Below, in pieces: positions 26,956 through 35,043 of a stretch of 64,000 nt of DNA. Below the pieces are notes generated by a model. The model was not told where the DNA came from. It was given only the letters and a program-made list of their open reading frames with translations, and searched no databases. The first letter of the stretch is position 1. Each line of letters starts with the position of its first letter. Both the position numbers and the translations under genes were made by a program. Location: the NCBI GenBank assembly GCA_039630085.1, contig JBCNVM010000005.1, positions 36,587 through 100,586 of the forward strand, read 5' to 3'. The DNA is from Candidatus Caldarchaeales archaeon. GTDB lineage: Archaea; Thermoproteota; Nitrososphaeria_A; Caldarchaeales; Calditenuaceae.

Positions 26956-27885
26956 TCAGACCCATTTCCACCTGCCGTATACGAGGTAGAGTAGCGCGGC
27001 CCCGGTGTGCATCCTGTTCTCGGCCTGGTCGATCATCACGGAGCTGGGGCCGTCGGCGACCTCGGCCTCGACCTCCTCGCCCCTCTTCACCGGCATGCAG
27101 TGCATGAACCTCGCTCCGGGCTTGGCACCAGCCATGAGCTCCCTCGTGACCCTGTAGCGTGGTATGAAGGCCTTCAGCCTCCGCTCCCTCTCGGCCTCGA
27201 AGCCCATCGAGATGAAGACGTCGGTGTAGACGAAGTCCGCGCCCTTCACGGCCTCGGCTGGGTCGTCGGTGAACGTGAGCTCCGAGCCGGAAGCCCTGGC
27301 AGCCTCGAGGGCCCTTCTCCTCTCCTCCTCCGGCACCCAGTAACCCTCAGGGGAGGCGATCGCGAAGTCGACGCCAGTCAGGGCGCAGGCCTGCATCAGG
27401 GAGGTGGCTACGTTGTTCCCGTCGCCGACGAAGGCCACCTTGACCCCCTTGAAGGTCCCCTTCAGCTCGAAGACCGTCATCAGGTCGGCGAGGGCCTGGC
27501 AGGGGTGATGCCTGTCGGAGAGGGCGTTGATCACCGGGACCCTCGAGCTCGCGGCCAGCTCCCTCAGAGTGGCGTGGCTGTAGACCCTGCAGACGAGCCC
27601 GTCGACGTACCTCGAGAGGACCCTGCCGACGTCGCTGACCGGCTCGCCCCTCGCGAGCTGCAGCTCCGCGGAGGAGATGTAGTCGAACCTCCCCCCCAGC
27701 CTGCTGATGGCCGACGTGAAAGAGACCCGCGTCCTCGTCGAGGGCTTCTCGAAGATCAGGCCGATCGTCCTCCCCTTGAGCCCAGCGCTCGGGTACCCCT
27801 CCGACTTGAAACGCACAGCGGTCCTGACCGCCTCGACGAATTCATCCCTCGAGAGGTCCAGGACCTCGAGGAAGTGCCTCGTCAT
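26956..27885 (-). CDS. argF: Ornithine carbamoyltransferase
   Basis: FEKPSTRTRVSF, HPCQ, GDGNNV, TDVFISMG, HCMP, QAENR. Confidence 0.96.
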   Translation of the reverse strand: MTRHFLEVLDLSRDEFVEAVRTAVRFKSEGYPSAGLKGRTIGLIFEKPSTRTRVSFTSAISRLGGRFDYISSAELQLARGEPVSDVGRVLSRYVDGLVCRVYSHATLRELAASSRVPVINALSDRHHPCQALADLMTVFELKGTFKGVKVAFVGDGNNVATSLMQACALTGVDFAIASPEGYWVPEEERRRALEAARASGSELTFTDDPAEAVKGADFVYTDVFISMGFEAERERRLKAFIPRYRVTRELMAGAKPGARFMHCMPVKRGEEVEAEVADGPSSVMIDQAENRMHTGAALLYLVYGRWKWV

Positions 27886-28001
27886 CTCGGCAACGGACTC
27901 CGACCGTGAAATAATAGCGTATCCGGCTCAGCGCGCACTTCCACCTTCATACGAGTCCCGCTCTCTCCGCTTAAATCGGATACAGGCACCGGCGCTCCGG
28001 G

Positions 28002-28190
28002 TTGGCGGTCCAGCTCAGGGCCAGGAGCGGGCTGAGGCCCCTTACCGTGAGGCTGCCGGAGGCGTACCTCGACGCGCTGGAGGAGCTGGTCGACTCGGGG
28101 GTGTACGCGAGCGTCGCCGAGGCCGTCCGCATGGCGATAAGGGACCTGATCTCGAGGGAGGGTTTCCTGATCAGGTCGGAGCGGAGATGA
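28002..28190 (+). CDS. Ribbon-helix-helix (CopG/Arc/MetJ) regulator
   Basis: LTVRLPE.YLDALEELVDSG.Y.S.AEAVR.AIRDL. Confidence 0.88.
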   Translation: MAVQLRARSGLRPLTVRLPEAYLDALEELVDSGVYASVAEAVRMAIRDLISREGFLIRSERR

Positions 28191-28609
28191 GCCGGAGCCT
28201 GATGGTCGAGGAGGTCGAGGACGCGCTGCTCGGGATCGCGGAGAGGCTGAAGGGTGAGGGCCTGATCGCGGCCGTGGCGAGGGATCTCACGCCGCCCGTC
28301 TACCCGAGGGTCTACGTCCTCCTGAGGGAGGTGCACCTCGCGAGAACCACCGTCGCCGGGAGCGGGCTCAACGTCGACCAGGAGTACGAGGTCGTCGTGG
28401 AGAGCTCAGGGCCCGACGCAGCGCTCCAGGCTTCAGAGGCCGTCAGGGCGGCGGTAAGGTTCGCGGAGCTCGTCCTTTCCGAGGGGCCGAGGGAGGTCGG
28501 CGGCCTCCCCCTCGAGCTATTCCCCTACGAGCTGAGGGTGGTCGATGTCCTCGAGTCGGGGAGGAGGTCGACGGTCGTCTCGGTGCGCGTGAGGGCCCGC
28601 GTTGGCTGA
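28187..28609 (+). CDS. Putative viral tail terminator/completion protein
   Basis: 140 aa from ATG 28187 (ATGA overlap with the RHH gene); helix, YP.V.V, beta hairpin, helix, beta hairpin layout typical of tail-completion proteins; viral context. The function is inference. Confidence 0.5.
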   Translation: MSRSLMVEEVEDALLGIAERLKGEGLIAAVARDLTPPVYPRVYVLLREVHLARTTVAGSGLNVDQEYEVVVESSGPDAALQASEAVRAAVRFAELVLSEGPREVGGLPLELFPYELRVVDVLESGRRSTVVSVRVRARVG

Positions 28610-29054
28610 CCCCTTCCTCGGGCCTACCTCCCAGTAGCCTCATCAGCGCCAGAGAGAGCGCCGTCACGGCGACGCCCAAAGGAAGGAGGATCGGAGAGGC
28701 CGTCCTGAAGTCCCTCCTCGTGGCGACCAGCATCGCGACGCCGACGCCGTAGGCCGTGCCGAGCGCTGCGACCGCCCTCCTGAAGATGATGGACCTCTCG
28801 GTATAGGCGAGTCCTGCAGCGGCCGCGAGGGCCATCGAGCCCGCTGCCAGAAGGGCCAGCGACTCCGCGGACCTCCCCCTCACTCTGATCTCGTACTCCT
28901 CGAAGTGGACCGGCAGGTCGCCGAAGAGAGGGACGTGGAGCTCCCTCACGACGGTCCTCCTGACGAGCTCCGACTCGGGCGAAGAGAGCATGAGCCCCCC
29001 TGCCAGCAGAACTAGGGCGGCGAACGCGAGCCCGACAATCAGCGCGGCCCTCAT
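28443..29054 (-). CDS. Membrane protein of the viral module
   Basis: About four TM segments; ATGA overlap with the upstream gene; the last ~55 aa are Pro/Arg-rich antisense run-on over 28187-28609. Confidence 0.6.
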   Translation of the reverse strand: MRAALIVGLAFAALVLLAGGLMLSSPESELVRRTVVRELHVPLFGDLPVHFEEYEIRVRGRSAESLALLAAGSMALAAAAGLAYTERSIIFRRAVAALGTAYGVGVAMLVATRRDFRTASPILLPLGVAVTALSLALMRLLGGRPEEGVSQRGPSRAPRRPSTSSPTRGHRPPSARRGIARGGGRRPPSAPRKGRAPRTLPPP

Positions 29055-29341
29055 CTCCCCGAGCCCCTCCGGGAAGCGACGAGGGCGCCCAGCAGGTCGT
29101 TCAGCAGCGTCACTGTCCCGCCTGTGAGGAGCATCTGCTCGAGGCGGAGGTCGTCGAGCTCCAGTCCCAAGTGCGCTGAAATCAGGCCGACCAGCGCTCC
29201 GAGGGCGACCGTCCTGAGGAACTTCCTCGGGGAGAACTCCTCCCGCCTCCTGGACTTGAGGTAGCCCGCGCCGGCGAAGACCGCTCCGTAGAGCGCGCCC
29301 AGCAGCGCAGAGGAGAGGCCCAGCTGGACCTCATGCTCCAA
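29051..29341 (-). CDS. Putative holin-like small membrane protein
   Basis: 96 aa; TM - GYLK...E.F..RK...T...GA.VG - TM, basic C-tail; viral context. Confidence 0.5.
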   Translation of the reverse strand: MEHEVQLGLSSALLGALYGAVFAGAGYLKSRRREEFSPRKFLRTVALGALVGLISAHLGLELDDLRLEQMLLTGGTVTLLNDLLGALVASRRGSGR

Positions 29342-29537
29342 CGGCGTACCACCTCTTGGTCCTCGGAGAAAGCCTGACGGAGCTCCCGCAGCATGGGCAC
29401 CTGAGCGAGCCCCTCCTGTCCTCGCAGCACCTCAGGGGGAGCGCGACGTCGCAGACCGCACACCACGCGTACCCGAGCCCGTACCTCACCCTCCTCGACG
29501 TGCCGTCGATCGAGACGCAGGCCGACCTGCACCTCAC
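29331..29537 (-). CDS. Small Cys-rich zinc-finger protein
   Basis: C...C, RY..G...CAVC, CPCCG..VR..PR in 68 aa; overlaps both neighbours. Confidence 0.7.
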   Translation of the reverse strand: MRCRSACVSIDGTSRRVRYGLGYAWCAVCDVALPLRCCEDRRGSLRCPCCGSSVRLSPRTKRWYAVGA

Positions 29538-29770
29538 CTTCCACCCGACCTCCTCTCAGCCCTCCTGACCATCTCGCTCAGCGAGAGGCCGCCGCCGAAG
29601 CTCCCGACGAGCGTCGCCTCTATCGCCCTGCCGGCCCAGAGGAGCGCCACGAAGGCCACGGCAAGGAAGATCGCCAAGGCCCCGAGCCAGTCCTCGACGC
29701 CGAAGCTGACCGTGACTCCTTTCTGGCTCCTCCTCACCGTCAGCCTCGCCTCCCTCCTCATCTCACTCAC
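29534..29770 (-). CDS. Small membrane protein
   Basis: 78 aa with a central TM segment; overlaps both neighbours. Confidence 0.55.
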   Translation of the reverse strand: MSEMRREARLTVRRSQKGVTVSFGVEDWLGALAIFLAVAFVALLWAGRAIEATLVGSFGGGLSLSEMVRRAERRSGGR

Positions 29771-30089
29771 CCGTCAGGAGCACCGTGCCCCTCGACCGGA
29801 CGTCCTCCGAGAGGGCCGCGAGCTCCTCCCTCACGGCTCTCAGCAGGGCCGCGGCCTCCTCCCTCCTCGTCGACCTCCACGCGAGAAAGAGGAGCGCGGC
29901 GATGGTGCTGGAGAGCTTCCTGATCCTCATCGGCGGGTCTGCGAGCGGGACCCGGTGACCGTGGGACTGGAGGGTCGCGTCGATCAGGGACTCAGCCTCT
30001 TCTAAGAACACCGCCAGCAGCTGATCGAGTGACGCGTCGTCCTCTTGAAGTCCGACCTTGACCCTCACGTCCCGGATCGAGCCGTACAT
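29763..30089 (-). CDS. Putative head-to-tail adaptor (Mu gp36 / HK97 gp6 / SPP1 gp15-like)
   Basis: MY.S..DV ... D..L...LEEA...ID..L......PL..PP..I...S..IAA pattern, 108 aa, all-helical. Confidence 0.7.
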   Translation of the reverse strand: MYGSIRDVRVKVGLQEDDASLDQLLAVFLEEAESLIDATLQSHGHRVPLADPPMRIRKLSSTIAALLFLAWRSTRREEAAALLRAVREELAALSEDVRSRGTVLLTGE

Positions 30090-30212
30090 CGAACTTCGGG
30101 AACTCAGGTAACGGATTAGCCCTCGCTATGTTGAAAGATTGTTTTCAAAACTCAACCTCACCAAAATTCAAAAAACAGCTAGCCAGTAAACCGGGGCTTA
30201 TCTGAAGGGGCC
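30090..30212. promoter_or_regulatory. AT-rich divergent promoter region of the viral module with inverted repeat TTGAAA-N6-TTTCAA (30131-30148)
   Basis: Clearly AT-rich stretch between two divergent operons; the palindrome is read directly from the sequence. Confidence 0.6.
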
Positions 30213-30557
30213 GTGGCCAGCAGGAGGGTGAGGGAGCTCCTGAAGGGAGTGAGGGAGGGGGAGCTGGTTGTGGTGAAGTGGTGGGACGCGTGCACTTGGA
30301 GGGACGTCCCGAACTCGGTCAGGAACCCGGAGAAGGTCGACAGCCCCATCTACTCGATCGGTGCGTTCGGAGGACTGGTCAGGGGAGAGAGGATCGAGTA
30401 CCTGCGGCTGGTGGTGGAGAGGAAGCCCGAGACGAGCGACATCACGTACATCCCCGTCCAGCTGGTCGAGAGCGTCGGGAGGGAGAGGTTCAGTGCACCG
30501 AAGAAGGGCGTGAGGAACTACCTCGACAACGTGAGGTACTACGGTGACGGGCGTTGA
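30213..30557 (+). CDS. Hypothetical protein (V.W.DA motif), first gene of the terminase operon
   Basis: GELVVVKWWDA ... SIG.F ... IP..LV; host-like codons; stop overlaps the next start. Confidence 0.7.
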   Translation: MASRRVRELLKGVREGELVVVKWWDACTWRDVPNSVRNPEKVDSPIYSIGAFGGLVRGERIEYLRLVVERKPETSDITYIPVQLVESVGRERFSAPKKGVRNYLDNVRYYGDGR

Positions 30558-30868
30558 GAGGCTCCCTGAGCCGGAGGGTCACGAGGGTCGAGAGGGGGCT
30601 CGCGAGGATCGCGAGGGCCGTTGAGAGGAGGTCGCAGGAGGGGCAGGCGCCGTCGGACTGGAGGCGGCTCGAGGAGGAGGTCTGGTCGCTGGTCCAGGAG
30701 GCCTGCTCGCTTTCACAGGCCGCGAAGTCCAAGGGCGACATCAGGACTTCCCAGGCCTGCGTTGGAATGGCACTGAGGGGGCTGGCGCTGCTGGGGAGGC
30801 TGAGGAGGGAACGGGAGCTGGAGGAGATCAGGGCCCTTGTCGAGCGGATGGAGGGCGGGTCGGGGTGA
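30554..30868 (+). CDS. Putative terminase small subunit (helical)
   Basis: 104-aa helical/coiled-coil ORF directly upstream of and overlapping terL; positional inference only. Confidence 0.45.
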   Translation: MRGSLSRRVTRVERGLARIARAVERRSQEGQAPSDWRRLEEEVWSLVQEACSLSQAAKSKGDIRTSQACVGMALRGLALLGRLRRERELEEIRALVERMEGGSG

Positions 30869-32178
30869 GTCCCGCGGTCCCGAGGGAGCTGAGGAGGCGG
30901 GTCGAGGCTCTGAGGAGATTGAGGGAGTCGGGGCGAGTCCGCGTCCCAGAGGACCCGCTCGAGTTCGCGGTCGGGTTCCTCTCTTGGAGGCCCTTCCCCT
31001 ATCAGGCCGACCTCCTCACGGACGCGAGCCCGAGGATCTGCGTCTGTGCCGCGAGGCAGGTGGGGAAGTCGACGACTGCGGCCGCGAAGGTCCTCCACCT
31101 CTGCCTGACCAAGCCGGGCTCGAGGGCGCTGGTGGTCGCGCCGACGTTGAGGCAGAGCGCGCTCTTCCTCGAGAGGGTCGAGGATCACCTGAGGTCCTCC
31201 AGGGCAGGGCCCTCGCTGGTCGCGGGACGGGACAGGACCTCGGTCAGGTTCGTCAACGGCAGCAGGGTCGTCGCGCTTCCCTCGGGGAGGTTCGGCCACA
31301 CGATAAGGGGCTTCACCGCGGACCTCGTCGTTGTCGACGAAGCGGCCTTCGTCCCGGAGGAGGTGATAACGCAGGCCTTGATGCCTCAGGTCGCGACGAC
31401 CGGCGGGAGCTTCCTGATGATCAGCACGCCCTGGGACAAGAACCACGTCTTCTACAGGTGCTTCACCAGCGGCGACTGGAGCGTGAAGAGGTGGCCCGTG
31501 AGCGTCTGCCCCCTGATCCCCAGCGGGTTCATCGAGGAGCAGAGGAGGTTGATCGGCGACGAGGCGTTCAGGAGGGAGTACCTCGCGGAGTTCGTCGAGG
31601 ACGCCGCGTCTTTCTTCTCGGCGGACCTGATCAGGAGGTGCGTGGACGACTACGAGGCCCGGCCCAGCGGCGACACTGAGCTGACCGCGGGCTTCGACTG
31701 GGGAGGCAGGTCGGACCCAAACGCGCTGGTCGTCGTCGAGCGGAGGGCCGAAGTCCTCAGGGTTGTCCACGTCGAGTCCTGGATGAGCGACAGCTACACC
31801 TACTCGGCCTCGAGGGTCGCGAGGCTCCAGAGGGAGATGGGGTTCAGGGTCGTGCTGGAGGAGATCGGCGCGGGTCTCCTGATCAGGGAGCAGCTGGAGT
31901 CCCACGGAGTCGAGGTGATCGGAGTGGGTCCAGCGGATATCGAGAGGACGATGCTGCTGCTGAGGGTCCTGATGGAGTCGGGGAGGCTGAGGACGTACCT
32001 CGACAACAGGCTGATCGACTCGCTGCGGGCTGTCAAGCACGAGAGGACGAAGGGAGGAAGGGTGAGGTTCTACCACGAGCCGGGGACCCACGACGACCTC
32101 GCCAGGGCGCTCGCGCTGGCCGCGTGGGGAGCGACAGTCTCGGGCTCCGGAGCGACCGCCTCGCTCTTGGAGGCATGA
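30865..32178 (+). CDS. terL: Terminase large subunit
   Basis: Q motif PFPYQ, Walker A ARQVGKST, F.NGS...ALP, IRG, Walker B VVVDEAAF, ISTP, FRREYLAEF, RNase H-like GFDWG...D and HDD...ALALA. Confidence 0.92.
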   Translation: MSPAVPRELRRRVEALRRLRESGRVRVPEDPLEFAVGFLSWRPFPYQADLLTDASPRICVCAARQVGKSTTAAAKVLHLCLTKPGSRALVVAPTLRQSALFLERVEDHLRSSRAGPSLVAGRDRTSVRFVNGSRVVALPSGRFGHTIRGFTADLVVVDEAAFVPEEVITQALMPQVATTGGSFLMISTPWDKNHVFYRCFTSGDWSVKRWPVSVCPLIPSGFIEEQRRLIGDEAFRREYLAEFVEDAASFFSADLIRRCVDDYEARPSGDTELTAGFDWGGRSDPNALVVVERRAEVLRVVHVESWMSDSYTYSASRVARLQREMGFRVVLEEIGAGLLIREQLESHGVEVIGVGPADIERTMLLLRVLMESGRLRTYLDNRLIDSLRAVKHERTKGGRVRFYHEPGTHDDLARALALAAWGATVSGSGATASLLEA

Positions 32179-33644
32179 AGTTCCAGGTCAGGGATCCGGT
32201 TGAGCTGGAGCAGAGGCCGAGGAGGGCATTTAGGCTCTCGAAGTCCTTCGAGACTTCCGCGCCGCGGACCAGGCGCGTGCTAGACGTTCACGACGCCTTC
32301 GGGATCGGGCTGGACGGAAGGAGGCGGGTGATCTACAGGGACCTAGTCGTAGACGTGGACCCGGGGGACGTCGTCTTCGTGACCGGCGAGAGCGGCGGAG
32401 GCAAGTCCCTGATCCTGAGGGACCTCGCGGAAAAGCTTCGGGACGTCGAGGCCTTCAGGCCGGTCGTCGACCTGAAGGAGATCGAGGCGAAGCCTAGGGA
32501 GCTCGTGATCGAGGGCGTAGGGAGGGACACGAAGGAGGCGATCGGGCTGCTCTCTTCAGTGGGGCTCGGCGAGGCCTTCGTCTTCCTGAGGAGGTTCAGG
32601 GAGCTGAGCGACGGCCAGAAGTTCCGTTACCTGCTCGCGAAGGCCCTCGACAGGAGGCCGAGGACCTTGGTTGCGGACGAGTTCTGCTCGAACCTCGACC
32701 GGACTACCGCGAAGGTCATCGCGTATCTGGTCCAGAGGAGGGCACGGGCCGAAGGGACGACGCTCGTCCTCGCGACGGCCCACGACGACCTGATCGAGGA
32801 CCTAGGTCCCGACGTGCTGGTGAGGAAGAGGTTCGGGTCCGCGGCCGAGGTCCTGTACGACCTTCCGCGCCCCGGGGCGTGCTCCCTGATGAGGGGGCTT
32901 GAGGTGTCCCGGGGGACGCTGAGGGACTACGAGGAGCTCGCGGAGTTCCACTACAGGGGCGGGAGGCCCGCGTACGTCGAGGCGGTCTTCGCGGCCAGGA
33001 TCGGCGGCGAGCTGGCGGGCGTGATCGTCTATACGTCGGTCTACCCGGACCTGAAGGCGAGGAACGCGGCGCTCCCCTTCCTCAGGGACCTCAGGAGGAG
33101 GCTGGGGAGGGAGGGGTACGTCCGCTGGCTGAACGAGCACTTCACTAGGATCTCGAGGGTTGTGGTCCACCCGAAGTTCAGGGGAATAGGCTTGGGAGCG
33201 GAGCTGGTGAGGAGGACGATGCCGCTGACCGGAAAGGCCTACGTCGAGACGCTGGCGGTGATGGCGAGGTACAACCCGTTCTTCGAGAGGGCCGGGATGA
33301 AGAGGGTCGAGGTCGACCGGGACTTGCCGAGGGGCGTGAAGGCCGCGCTGGAGCTACTGGAGGGGCTGGGGGCCGACGACTTCGTTCTCAGGGACCGAAA
33401 GCTGTTCGTCGGGTGGTATAGTTCACTGAGGCCCGGAGAGAGGAGGGAGGTCAGGGAGGCCCTCAGGAGGGCGGTGGCCGGCTTCTTCCCGGTCCGGTCG
33501 CTCGACGCGCGGGAGGTCGCGGGGAGGCTGGCGAGGGCCCTCTCGCCGCCGGAGTACCTGATCTGGAGGAACCCGGAGATCGGCGCCGGGCTCCCGGAAC
33601 CGATTAGCCCTCGGCCTTCTTCTCCTCGGGGACGAGCTTCTTGA
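32175..33644 (+). CDS. ABC-type ATPase fused to a GNAT acetyltransferase (COG2401-like)
   Basis: GESGGGKS, LSDGQ, LVADEF, ATAHDD; then FHY and ISRVVVHPKFRGIGLG acetyl-CoA motif, MARYNPFFE.AG. ATG 32175 overlaps the terL stop. Confidence 0.88.
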   Translation: MKFQVRDPVELEQRPRRAFRLSKSFETSAPRTRRVLDVHDAFGIGLDGRRRVIYRDLVVDVDPGDVVFVTGESGGGKSLILRDLAEKLRDVEAFRPVVDLKEIEAKPRELVIEGVGRDTKEAIGLLSSVGLGEAFVFLRRFRELSDGQKFRYLLAKALDRRPRTLVADEFCSNLDRTTAKVIAYLVQRRARAEGTTLVLATAHDDLIEDLGPDVLVRKRFGSAAEVLYDLPRPGACSLMRGLEVSRGTLRDYEELAEFHYRGGRPAYVEAVFAARIGGELAGVIVYTSVYPDLKARNAALPFLRDLRRRLGREGYVRWLNEHFTRISRVVVHPKFRGIGLGAELVRRTMPLTGKAYVETLAVMARYNPFFERAGMKRVEVDRDLPRGVKAALELLEGLGADDFVLRDRKLFVGWYSSLRPGERREVREALRRAVAGFFPVRSLDAREVAGRLARALSPPEYLIWRNPEIGAGLPEPISPRPSSPRGRAS

Positions 33645-33810
33645 CGTCGGTCCAGCACTCGCCGAGCGCGGCCCCTCCCATCTTCTCCCAGACCCACGCT
33701 ATGAAGACGTTCCTCAGGACCTCGGCGTCGCTGCTCCCCATCTTGCCCTTCAGGTAAGAGAGGCAGCGGTACTGCTCGTCGGTCAGGGTGACGAGGACGT
33801 GCTTGGGCAT
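33604..33810 (-). CDS. Small RHH/CopG-like DNA-binding protein
   Basis: V.VTLT.EQ...L..LKG.MG.SDAEV.RN.F.AW. Confidence 0.7.
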   Translation of the reverse strand: MPKHVLVTLTDEQYRCLSYLKGKMGSSDAEVLRNVFIAWVWEKMGGAALGECWTDVKKLVPEEKKAEG

Positions 33811-33847
33811 TCCGCGATCACCTAATACCGCGCTAATAGTGCCGTAA

Positions 33848-34054
33848 TTAGTCTTTGTCGCCCGAGCTCCGACCTGAGTCGACGGGGGTGTCCCCTGCCA
33901 GCGACTCGAGCCGCTCCCTCAGCCTCCTCAGCTCGCTGACCCTGGGGTCGGTGCCCCTGAGGTCCTCCAGGCCCCTCAGGACCGCGTCGCGGACATCCGC
34001 CGATGGGCTGATCCTCTTGCGCCGCCTCAGCGTCGCGAGGAGCCTCCCCAGCAT
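33848..34054 (-). CDS. Hypothetical protein
   Basis: 68-aa ORF from ATG 34054 with host-like codons, filling the gap. Confidence 0.45.
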   Translation of the reverse strand: MLGRLLATLRRRKRISPSADVRDAVLRGLEDLRGTDPRVSELRRLRERLESLAGDTPVDSGRSSGDKD

Positions 34055-34162
34055 CGCGGTGACAGCAGAAGGGTCACGTATTATCGGTTCGGTGGGCCAG
34101 GAGCTTCGAGCCGTCCGGGGGAATACGCTTAATTCGGCCGGTCCGTCCGTGAAGTGGGAGCC

Positions 34163-35038
34163 TTGTGCAGGATGGTCGCGCTGAGGTTCCTCGGGAGGGC
34201 GAGGTCCCTGGCCGGCGAGCTGATCGACGCAGCCGTCGAGGCCTCCGCTAACGACCCGTACCTCGAGAGGTTGGTAGGCGACAGCAGGCACTGCCACGGC
34301 TACGGCTTCGCGCTGGCGAGGAGGGTGAAGGGCTCCTGGGAGGTGATGAGGGCGAGGTTCGACGCGGCGCCGCGGTTGACCGGCGACGAGGCCTGCGAGG
34401 CCAATCTTAAGGCCCTCGAGGAGGCCGCGGACGAGCTGAAGGCGCTCCTGAGGAGGGGGGAGGAGTTCGCCCTCATCCTTCACGGCAGGCGGACCGGGTC
34501 GGAGCCTCGGGGCGTTAACGCGGGGCACCCGTTCTCGGGCGAGGTGGTCCTTCAAGGGCATGAGGGCCCTGAGCTGTTCGAGGTCCTCCTCTCGCATAAC
34601 GGCGGCGTGAGGAAGTCCGATCTCGCGGCGCTGATCGGGCTCAGGGACCCGAGCGTCTACACCGATTCGCACGTCCTCCTGAAGTTCGTCCTCAGCAGGC
34701 TCGAGGGTAGGCCGGTCGGGGAACTCGTCGGGGGACTGAGGGACGCGGTCAGGGAAGCAGCCCCCTACGCCCTCGGGTCTCTGAACGCGCTCGCGATGTT
34801 CGTCGGCCAGTCGTCGGGCCCGTTCCTCTTCGCGGTCGGGTACGTCACGGCCAGAGAGGAAAGCAGGAGGGCCTACTTCGAGCCGGTTCTCGTGAAGGCC
34901 GACGGACTCTCGGGGTTCGTCTCGAGCACCGCGAGGGACGTCGCCGCGCGCAGGGGAGTCAGGGCCGAGTTCTCGTCGAGGGCCGAGAACTTCGTGGCGA
35001 TGTTAGACCCGAGCGAGGTCAGGACCGTAGAGGTCTGA
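34163..35038 (+). CDS. Class II (Ntn) glutamine amidotransferase-domain protein
   Basis: TTG start gives M-C-R-M with an N-terminal Cys; H..GYG, H.R, HPF, SHNG, TDS. Confidence 0.85.
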   Translation: MCRMVALRFLGRARSLAGELIDAAVEASANDPYLERLVGDSRHCHGYGFALARRVKGSWEVMRARFDAAPRLTGDEACEANLKALEEAADELKALLRRGEEFALILHGRRTGSEPRGVNAGHPFSGEVVLQGHEGPELFEVLLSHNGGVRKSDLAALIGLRDPSVYTDSHVLLKFVLSRLEGRPVGELVGGLRDAVREAAPYALGSLNALAMFVGQSSGPFLFAVGYVTAREESRRAYFEPVLVKADGLSGFVSSTARDVAARRGVRAEFSSRAENFVAMLDPSEVRTVEV

Positions 35039-35043
35039 GGGGA

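Larger units (their letters stand above)
28002..34054. mobile_element. Tailed-virus-derived gene module without integrase, portal or capsid (provirus remnant or domesticated GTA-like locus)
   Basis: Terminase large subunit, adaptor-like, tail-terminator-like, holin-like, ABC-GNAT and two RHH genes between housekeeping argF and a glutamine amidotransferase; boundaries approximate. Confidence 0.7.

Noticed and set aside
27707-28186. First 160 aa of the 300-aa ORF 27707-28609
   Set aside because: Overlaps argF antisense and the RHH gene; the real gene most likely starts at ATG 28187.
27886-34160. attL/attR direct repeats or an integrase for the viral module
   Set aside because: None seen by eye and no tRNA at either edge; short att cores could have been missed without computation.
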